A DNA stretch of 64,000 nucleotides from Diplonema japonicum (taxonomy: Eukaryota; Protista; Euglenozoa: Diplonemea): assembly GCA_964019335.1 (NCBI GenBank), contig OZ025722.1, positions 310,001-374,000 on the forward strand, in the 5' to 3' direction. The translations under genes were made by a program, and so were the position numbers. The notes beneath the pieces were generated by a model. The model made no database searches and had not been told where the DNA came from. It saw only the letters and a program-made list of their open reading frames with translations. This document shows, in pieces, positions 55,891 through 64,000 of the stretch; the stretch's first letter is position 1, and the number at the start of each line of letters is the position of its first letter.

Positions 55891-56634
55891 GCTCCCCAAT
55901 ATTTTTGCGGTAAATTGTTTATTGTGATTTTCATCCCCATTTTTTAATCCAGTGGTAAATGTAAGAGTGTGATTAAGTTCACACCAGTTTCAAAACATGT
56001 TTCCCCTGCCTCACAATTTGAAAAAGGAGGGTTTAAAAAAAAAAAAGAAGAAGTTTCCAAGGCCTGTTGTCTTGGTGACCAAGCAGGGGGAACCAAACAG
56101 GGAGAAGAAAAAGTGCGAGATGCAGAGAAAGGGAGTAAAGTGGGAGGTTTTTTTAATTTTTTTTATTTGTTGCTGCAGGACTGGTAGTTTTATATTCCCC
56201 TCTCTTTCCCCTCTTTTTTTTCTTCTTTTTTTTCTTCTCTCTTTGTCGTTCTATGAAATGACACCACCAGGGGGGAAAAAAAAAATCGGAAAATGAAGAA
56301 AAAGAAAAAACTTTCCCCTCACTTCACTCCTTTTTTTTCTTGCTTTTTTTTTTCTTTTTTTTCTTCCGTCCCCACACCCCCTCCCGTGTCTCAGACAGGT
56401 TTTGTTTCTTCTTTTTTTTTTCCTCTTTTTTTTTTCTAGTTTCCTCCCGCCCCCTTCGTCTTTTCCCCCGTTACTCCACCTTTCCTTTTTATTTTATTTT
56501 TTTTATTTTTACTCTATTCAAGTTTCATTTTCTATTTTTTTTCTTCTTGCTCCTTTTTTTTTTCCCCCCTCCCCCCTTCAATTCATCCCCACAAAAAAAA
56601 AAGAGCAAAACAAAAAAAAAAAAGTGGAAATGTT

Positions 56635-59600
56635 ATGAAGTTACTGCGGGAGAATTTTGTTTGGGTCTTGTTATGCTGGAGCACGGGTTTGGTTCAGGCG
56701 GTCACGGACCCGGGTCAAGCTGCCGCGTTGAAGCAGCTGTATCAAAACACGTGGCCGAAAATTGTGGACAACTGTTGTAAGACGAACGGGAAAAATTGCG
56801 GGAAATGTTCGTACGATCAGAGCTCGGGGTGGATGACAGGCGACCCCTGCGACAACAACTGGGCAGGGATCACCTGCAGATCGTGCCCTTCGTGCGTCGT
56901 AGTAGGCATTGACATGGATTACAACTCCATGAGAGGAAAAATCCCCAACGGCTGGCTAGCAAAGCTCCCCGACCTCGAAAAACTCGACTTGGACGGAAAC
57001 GGCATCACAGGAACGTTCCCCGACGAATTAGAAAATGTCCCAAATCTTAATAATCTGCAGCTTGGGGGTTCCCACACCGGCCCGCTTCCCGACTTTTGGA
57101 CAAAACACCCCGAGACGTACAATGTTCTCCATTTCCACGGAAGCTTCAGCGGAACACACCCACCGCTCACTACAATGACGGCGCTGCAGGAATATTATCT
57201 GTGGAACACCGAGGTGTCTGGTACAATTCCTACCTTCGACACCTTGACCGAAATGCTTCGTATGCGGATCAACGAGAATGACAGGTTGACGGGGACCATT
57301 CCAGATTTTTCACGCGGTCCGACCGGACAGTTTACAAAGATTCTTGAGCTGCAGATCAGCGACAACGATGGTTTGTCCGGCACCATCCCACCCTTCACCG
57401 ATATGACAGTTGCGGAGTATGTCCGTATTGATGAAATGGGAAGTGTGTCTGGTACTTTACCTCCATTGCTAACCATGACGAGGCTGCAACGGTTTGATGT
57501 GAGCCACAACCGTTTGATCGGGCCTGTGCCGCCATTCGCCGCGCAGAACCAACAGACGCTCACCGGGATATGGGTTGAAGAGAACTTCCTCACAGCAATC
57601 CCTGCTCTGGACCAAAACCCCACCCGTCTCGACGCGTTGACCACTCTGTCCTTCCACCACAATCTTGTCACGGGAACCTTGCCATGCCATCAGGTCGCTT
57701 ACCGCTCGTTACAGTACCTTCGTGGTTACAACAACCGTCTTACCGGTACCTTGCCCTGTCTTGACAACCTGCTCGTCATCGACGAATACAGAATGGACTA
57801 CAATGACTTCACGGGGACGCTGCCCGATCTCACGTCAGGGCCCGGGATCAAGCAGTTCACGGTGGACAACAACATGTTATCAGGCACCATCCCTGTTGGC
57901 TTTGTGAACGGTATAGTGCAGGTTGAGAAGCTGCACCTCGGTGCAAATGGTTTCTCCGGCACCATCCCTGATGTGGTTTACATGTCGGAGTTGACCGACT
58001 TCCACGTTCACAGAAACATAGGGTACGAAGAGCTCACCCCTGTGACCATCACCTCGTTGGGGTCTCTTGGTGGCGACACAACCCTTGCTGCCGCAAGGGA
58101 CGGGGACCCGAACACCGATTGGGAGTGCCTTCCTGGGAGCGGTGACGTGTGCAACGTTCTTGTTGACTTCGGGCGTCCCGTTTGTCTGGAGAACCTCAGG
58201 TTGCAGGAATCTGTGCAGACGCGCCCCACCAACGGAACCGTCCAAGAGAACATCGCACCTGTCATGGGCTGCCCCGTCAGCGCTACCATTTACCAAGGTA
58301 GTACGTCCTTTGCACTTGGAGCCATTGACGAGCCGATGATATGGCGGCAGCACGACCAGAACACGGGAAGCAGGAATGGCAGGCACGGGTACAACTGGCA
58401 GACGTGTTCCCCGTCCTCATGGAGGAACATGGGCAGGGAACGGCTCACCAACCACGAAGCTGGATGCGGTCCAAACTCCGGCCCCCACGGCGAAGGCGGC
58501 GGCTGGGACCCGTACTGCCGCGACAAGACGCAGTACTACCGTCTCAACATCGATAGGTGTTCCACTGTGCCTTGCAAAGTAGCTGAGATAAAATTTTTCG
58601 CGGCAACCTCGCGTCTATCAGGCACAATCCCCAAGTTGCCCCCTGATATGGATTCCTTCTGGGGGTACGGGAACCAGCTCACGGGCACCATCCCCATCTT
58701 AGGATCAAGATGGGAAAGGGAACTCCGCGTGTCAGACAACTGGCTCGACGGTCCCCTTGAACCCTTCTGCCCATCGTTGGGCTCGCTAGACCTGCTGTGG
58801 ATCGACCATAATAAAATAACCGGAACACTACCGGGGAACCACAACTGCTTGGGTCAAGTCACCTCGATGCGCGTTGGGCACAACCAGCTGACGGGTACCA
58901 TCCCGGAGTGTGCCTGTGGGTTGCTTGAGGAGTACTTCCTTGACGGGAACGCGTGTTGTCAAAAGCCCCCATTGGAGCCCGGCCACGACTCGTGGAGGGA
59001 CGAGGCGCTGACCAAGATCGAGACAATCGGTGCGTACACAACGTGCCCGAGGTTTGGGTGTCCAAGCGGTCGGGAGGACACTGGTCTGGAAGGCCCACTG
59101 CCTGACTTTGTGAAGATGCCTAGATTACAGAGGTTTGGTGCGGACAATAATAAGCTGCGCGGCCCTCTCAACGACTCGCTGGCGGTTCTGTCGGACTTAA
59201 AATTCTTTCGTGTGCGGCACAACAGGATAGCCGGCACGCTGCCTTACTCCGCCATCATCGAGGCAGGCAACAAAAGCAGCAACTGCAATGAGATGTCGTG
59301 GTACTTCACGAATAACACCCTGTGGGGCCCTGTCCCGGACCTCCCGCAGCCCATGGGCACGTGCACAGGCTACAACGGCTGCACCCGGTACCGCGACGGG
59401 CGGAAGATCTACGATTTTTTCATCGACTACAACCACCTGTGGGGGCCCCTGCCCACACGGTTCGAGAGGGTACGTGACGATGTTGTGGTCAACCACAACT
59501 GCTGGGACTGCCCTACCAAACCCCAGGCTGTCTACGGCCTACCTATGAGCCCCGAACCGCCTGCTAGCGGAAACCAAAAGGACTTGCTGCGCCCCCCTGA

Positions 59601-61755
59601 TTGTGCGGAAGGGCCCAACACTGCACAGCGCTACGAGCTGGATGGCCCTTCGTGCCCTGCAGAGCCGAAGAACTCACTCTATGAGCATGTCGATAAGTGC
59701 AGACCAGAGGTGAACATCACTGCCACCTTCACGGAAGAGGAGATCAGGCAAGGGGGGATGTCCTTCACTATCAGCTTTGCAGACGACAGTTTCCTGCCCT
59801 TCTTCGCCCCTGGGCTGTGGCGGTGCCTGCTGTGCGAGGACGCACAGGGTGAGAAGGAGGACTGCAGCCTTGCAAACTGCCCGTACGGCCCAATCAATAC
59901 TGCGACTGGCGGTGCCGCCTGTCCTGTGAACATCACCACGGCGACATGCCCTGGTGACGTCCCGCTGCTCACATGGCCTTCGGGCGATATCACCTGCCCT
60001 GTGGGTGCCAATGCAAGCTGCCCGAACAGCTGCCAAGCGAGCCTCTCGTGCACGGTGCCTGTGCCAGCCTGCCCCGTTATGGGTGAGTGCTTGCTGCCGA
60101 TGGCGTGCGAGCTGAACAACAAGTGCCCGTTTGGAGCACAGGGGGAGTACTACAACGGGTCCACAGGTGCGTGTGAGATCATATCTGCCATCCAGCATGC
60201 TCCCAACGGCACCTGTCAGATCGTCGAGAACGGTGAGTGCCCGCCTGGGGAGTGCAACTTCCCGTGGAGCTGTGATCCGTCCGTGACTGGAACGCCGTGG
60301 GGACCGCTGCCGGTCAACTTCTCGACAGCGTTGAAGCAGCTCTTGTTCGACGGGATGACGACAACCGCCGTGCAGCAGTACCAGACGCTGTACCGTGCCT
60401 TTTACGAGCACAAGGATCTGCTGCTTCCCTTGAGCGGGTTTTCCTTAGGACCGTCCCCTGGATCGGATCCGTACGTGGACCTCCCTACGGAGCTCATCGT
60501 GAAACTGGGTAAAGCACCACTGTACGACACGTCAGTGACAGAACCCATCGGGGTCACCATATGGGACGAGCTGCTTGTCGCACCGTTCGGGACATTGAAC
60601 AACCCAGGGGGGTACTGGTACATCACACCGTCACCGGGGATCATGACGGGCACGGATGTCAGGGTGTTGGAGGACGTGGTGAGGGGGTATGATTATAGAC
60701 ATAAACCTGTGACGGAGACGCTCAGGGTGAAGGTGAGCTTCCCAAAGAACAACGAAAACGGCGGGTGGGAGACGTTCAGATGCGGGGCGAACTACTCGGA
60801 AAACTGCCCAGCGTTCACGACAGTAGTCCCGCCGCCAATGGCACCGAGAACATGCGACTTCGAGTGCGCCGCAGAAGGGTACTCATACAAACCGTCGATC
60901 ACACCAGTTGTGTGCTCCGACTACGAGATGGAGTTCGAGATCACCCTTCCGGACTACGCCATCACAGACTACGCGCAGGAGATTGTAGAAATGGAAATCA
61001 CAGGAAACTGCACAGCGTCCGGTCTACCACCTTTGAATAACACGTTAAGAATCATAATTAACAGTACTTTCGAGCCACCTCCCACACCTACAGTCACCAT
61101 CACACCGCCTATCACCGACACTGAAACTATAACGAACACTGTATCAAAGACAGCAACGGACACGGAAACTTTGAGTTCTACATTGACTGTGCTGCCTTTT
61201 TGCTATGTGCATCCCGAGTCGGCGTTGTGTGGTGAAAATGCGGTGTTTGCATGGCTGCCATGGTTGCTCATGCTCGGGGTGTGTTTGTTGGGTGCTTGTT
61301 GCTTTTTGTTGATGTACGCGTTGTGTCCGAAGCCGGATCCCATCGAAGTGTCCGTTTCAAAGCCGGAATGCACCGTGCAGAAACCTGTTACCGTTGGGGT
61401 TAAGTCTGTTCCCGCCCCTCCCACGGAGATCACAGTCGGTGTCAAAAAGGTTATTGAAGACTCTATCGATGTTAATGTCAACAGTGTTGCTGCCGAAGAT
61501 GTCACCGTCTCTGTGTCCGCTGTACCGCATGCTTCATCAGATGTCACCATTGGGGTTCGGAAGGTTGGGGTTCCTGCTTCGGGTGATATTATGGTGAATG
61601 TCTCAAAGGACCGAAATAGTGCTTCTGTTGAAGGCGATTCACTTTTTTCGGGTTCTTCTTCCGTGTCGCTTCCCGGTGACCAGAATATGGCGCACCCCTT
61701 ACTGCATCCTGCTGAAAAAGGTTCTTCAAATGGAGGGAATGTGTTTCTGCTCTGA
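56635..61755 (+). CDS. Plant-type LRR receptor-like protein with LRRNT cap, inserted discoidin/F5-8-like island, Cys-rich region, TM and a non-kinase cytoplasmic tail
   Basis: Signal peptide; GWMTGDPCDNNWAGITC cap; many xLxLxxNxLSGTIP repeats; TM AWLPWLLMLGVCLLGACCFLLMYAL. Confidence 0.88.
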   Translation: MKLLRENFVWVLLCWSTGLVQAVTDPGQAAALKQLYQNTWPKIVDNCCKTNGKNCGKCSYDQSSGWMTGDPCDNNWAGITCRSCPSCVVVGIDMDYNSMRGKIPNGWLAKLPDLEKLDLDGNGITGTFPDELENVPNLNNLQLGGSHTGPLPDFWTKHPETYNVLHFHGSFSGTHPPLTTMTALQEYYLWNTEVSGTIPTFDTLTEMLRMRINENDRLTGTIPDFSRGPTGQFTKILELQISDNDGLSGTIPPFTDMTVAEYVRIDEMGSVSGTLPPLLTMTRLQRFDVSHNRLIGPVPPFAAQNQQTLTGIWVEENFLTAIPALDQNPTRLDALTTLSFHHNLVTGTLPCHQVAYRSLQYLRGYNNRLTGTLPCLDNLLVIDEYRMDYNDFTGTLPDLTSGPGIKQFTVDNNMLSGTIPVGFVNGIVQVEKLHLGANGFSGTIPDVVYMSELTDFHVHRNIGYEELTPVTITSLGSLGGDTTLAAARDGDPNTDWECLPGSGDVCNVLVDFGRPVCLENLRLQESVQTRPTNGTVQENIAPVMGCPVSATIYQGSTSFALGAIDEPMIWRQHDQNTGSRNGRHGYNWQTCSPSSWRNMGRERLTNHEAGCGPNSGPHGEGGGWDPYCRDKTQYYRLNIDRCSTVPCKVAEIKFFAATSRLSGTIPKLPPDMDSFWGYGNQLTGTIPILGSRWERELRVSDNWLDGPLEPFCPSLGSLDLLWIDHNKITGTLPGNHNCLGQVTSMRVGHNQLTGTIPECACGLLEEYFLDGNACCQKPPLEPGHDSWRDEALTKIETIGAYTTCPRFGCPSGREDTGLEGPLPDFVKMPRLQRFGADNNKLRGPLNDSLAVLSDLKFFRVRHNRIAGTLPYSAIIEAGNKSSNCNEMSWYFTNNTLWGPVPDLPQPMGTCTGYNGCTRYRDGRKIYDFFIDYNHLWGPLPTRFERVRDDVVVNHNCWDCPTKPQAVYGLPMSPEPPASGNQKDLLRPPDCAEGPNTAQRYELDGPSCPAEPKNSLYEHVDKCRPEVNITATFTEEEIRQGGMSFTISFADDSFLPFFAPGLWRCLLCEDAQGEKEDCSLANCPYGPINTATGGAACPVNITTATCPGDVPLLTWPSGDITCPVGANASCPNSCQASLSCTVPVPACPVMGECLLPMACELNNKCPFGAQGEYYNGSTGACEIISAIQHAPNGTCQIVENGECPPGECNFPWSCDPSVTGTPWGPLPVNFSTALKQLLFDGMTTTAVQQYQTLYRAFYEHKDLLLPLSGFSLGPSPGSDPYVDLPTELIVKLGKAPLYDTSVTEPIGVTIWDELLVAPFGTLNNPGGYWYITPSPGIMTGTDVRVLEDVVRGYDYRHKPVTETLRVKVSFPKNNENGGWETFRCGANYSENCPAFTTVVPPPMAPRTCDFECAAEGYSYKPSITPVVCSDYEMEFEITLPDYAITDYAQEIVEMEITGNCTASGLPPLNNTLRIIINSTFEPPPTPTVTITPPITDTETITNTVSKTATDTETLSSTLTVLPFCYVHPESALCGENAVFAWLPWLLMLGVCLLGACCFLLMYALCPKPDPIEVSVSKPECTVQKPVTVGVKSVPAPPTEITVGVKKVIEDSIDVNVNSVAAEDVTVSVSAVPHASSDVTIGVRKVGVPASGDIMVNVSKDRNSASVEGDSLFSGSSSVSLPGDQNMAHPLLHPAEKGSSNGGNVFLL

Positions 61756-62979
61756 GAAAAAAAAGATTTTTTTTTGTATTGTTGTACGTCTCCCAATTTA
61801 CTTTAGGGGGGTGTTATCGTGTATTAAAAAAGAAAAAAGAGGAAAAAAAAAGTTCCCCTCCCCCCCCCCCCCCCGTTCATTGTTTCGATTAATATTAACA
61901 TGAGAAAAAGTTTTTTCTTTGTTTTTTTGTTTTTTTTAAGGCCACACCACAACCCCCCCCCCCCCCCCCCTATTCTGAATACACAACACCACCCCCCAAA
62001 AAAGAAATAAAGAAAATCTGTGTGATTCTAAATACTTTGTAAGCTGGAAAGAAGCTGTTTGCAGAGTAATCTGGCTCGTCGCGCTGTAAGTACTAGCTTT
62101 GGTTTCAACAATAGAATTTGTTAAGCAAAGAAAAAGAAATGGGGGGAGGTGACAAAAAAAAAGGTGAATCTGTATTCTGCCCTTTCTGTAAGAAACAAGT
62201 TGGAAAGAATTTTGAAAAAGAAAAAAAAAAAAGAAGAATATCGGTTTTGCTGCCCTTTTTTTTTTTTGTCAAAAGCGGAACAGAACGAAAAAAAAAAAAA
62301 ATGGTGGAAAAAAAAAAATGTCTCTCCCACCCTTCTTTCTTCTTTTTTTTAGAAAATTCTTTCTTTTGCAAGAACGAGTCACTGCACGTACATGCAACGA
62401 GTCTCCCCCCCCCCCCCCCCCCCCCAGTTGCTGTCAAAAAAAGTCAATTGCCTTTATCGACATTCTGCTCTGGGTGTATTGAATGCTATGATGCCTTTTT
62501 TTTTTAAGAAAAAAAAAAAGAAGAAAAAAAGTGAATGCTAAGAAACCTTTCTCCTAGAAAAAGAAAAAAAACCAAAAAAAAAAACAAAAAGTCCGTTATT
62601 TGGACAGGAAAGGTCTCACCCCCCCCCCCCCCCCCCCACCCCTTTTTTCTTCTTCTTCTTTATTGGTGGTCCGTTGCTACAAAAAAATCTTTTTTTACCC
62701 CCCCATCATGTGTTATTTTTTTTTCTTCCAAGTTTTTAAGACAGTACCGGATTTGTATTTATATTGTTCAGTTTTAATAATGGTCTGGGGATTTAGTGTA
62801 TTGTATAAATTATGTACCTTTTTCGGATTTTGGACCCAACTTGCGACTTTTTACAGAACAATACAAAAAAACTATTTTTATTATTTTTGGCCTGACCCCC
62901 CCCCCCCCCCCCCCAGGACAGGCCCCACTAAAATCAAAGCCACGTTTGTGGTGTACAGATCTACTTTTTGGTTTCCATT

Positions 62980-63870
62980 TTCAAAACAAGGTACGCGGAC
63001 GCCCTGAAGGCCCAGATAAAGAAAGAGCGGAAAAGACACAGAAGAGAAGCCCTTCTTACTGCTGTTGGTCCGGCTTCTGTTCCCGTTAGTCCTGTTGCCG
63101 CGCCTGGTGCTTCTGTTCCCGTTAGTCCTGTTGCCGCGCCTGGTGCTTCTGTTGTTGCCAGTCCTGTGGTTTCTGTTGCCGGTCCCGTTGCTTCTGTTGC
63201 CAACCCCGTGGCCTCCCCGACACCTTCACAGATTGCAGAATCAGCAATGCTAGAGGTTGACAAAAGGACAAAGATTATGCGTCCTTTTGTTCTTGCCTGG
63301 GGTGTCGAGGCTTACCGCAAGCTAACAATCCGGGCAGGGTTCGCTTACCTTTTTAACGATCTCCCACCCGGGTCTGCATCCGTGACCCCGCCCACTGAGG
63401 ACGTTCCTGCGGCCTCGCCTGGCCCTCCGCCCCCGCCTTCCGAGGTCGAGTTGGTTCGAGAAGCTGGTGCAGATGCAGGAGTTGACCCGATGGAGATTGA
63501 TCCATTGGGACTGTCGGTCGACCCGGAACCAGCACCCGAAGACCCGGACATTGAGATCACTGAGATGTTCAGCAGGCTGGGCACCTCGACATAGAGGCCA
63601 TTTCTGATGCGCCTTCTTCTGACGAAGAAGCAGAAGAAGAAGAAATGCCTGACCAAGAAGCCTCAGCCCCAAGCCAAGCAGCGGCACCAAGCCAAGTGAC
63701 CCCAAGCCAGCGAACGAACAACGTGACGAGGTGCCCTGCCCCTGCAGCGCAACCCTCAAGCAGGTTAGGAATGCTCTGGTGAGCATGACATGAGCACCCG
63801 CGGGAGGGTCTGCCCGTCCTGCGACTATATGGTGTGCTTTACGTGCAGGACTAGAATTGCGGTAATACCA
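62980..63870 (+). mobile_element. Decayed coding-like segment (Pro/Ala/Val-rich ORF with a 36-bp tandem duplication, then a broken Cys-rich zinc-finger-like frame), possibly a TE relic
   Basis: The ORF ending at 63594 has no clear ATG start. 63073-63153 is a tandem 36-mer. Downstream CPC...C...H...CPSCDYMVCFTC is split across frames. Confidence 0.3.
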
Positions 63871-64000
63871 CCCCCCCCTCCCCGGCTGGGGGGTATTTTG
63901 TTTTTGTCTTGGGATTTTTTATTTTTAGGGATATTTTCTGGGATTTCTTTTATTTTTGTAATTTTTATGTTCTGTTTTAATGGTGTTCTGTAAATATTGT

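Noticed and set aside
1-64000. Spliced-leader RNA, snRNA or rRNA genes
   Set aside because: No recognisable match found by eye; a covariance-model search is needed to exclude them.

Overview
Eukaryotic genomic DNA from a gene-dense, intron-poor protist. A euglenozoan, possibly a diplonemid, is the most likely source; this is inferred from the unidirectional gene cluster, degenerate receptor-type cyclases and E..R-repeat proteins, and is not proven. Fifteen credible protein genes all lie on the + strand, in this order: a giant HECT/SPRY/LamG E3 ligase running off the left edge, a PX-domain protein, a hypothetical protein, a chorismate mutase fused to a half prephenate dehydratase and an ACT domain, an EML/WD40 protein, a Ser/Lys-rich protein, SmB (4 exons, missed by the ORF track), an LRR protein, an EF-hand protein with an intron-hidden CaaX tail, two paralogous receptor pseudo-cyclases with mosaic identity, an IQ-motif protein, a triple DUF3431-like type II membrane protein, a membrane-tethered GH18 chitinase, and a plant-type LRR receptor-like protein with a discoidin-like island. 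Intergenic DNA is dominated by long homopolymers of all four bases. It is also packed with short dispersed repeats, LINE 3' fragments, tRNA-like heads and fold-back hairpins. The most notable observations are the chimeric CM/half-PDT/ACT enzyme, the cyclase pair with a divergent sensor segment, tiny introns with poly(A) before the acceptor AG, GA-mismatch hairpin elements, and copy-to-copy evidence of homopolymer expansion.
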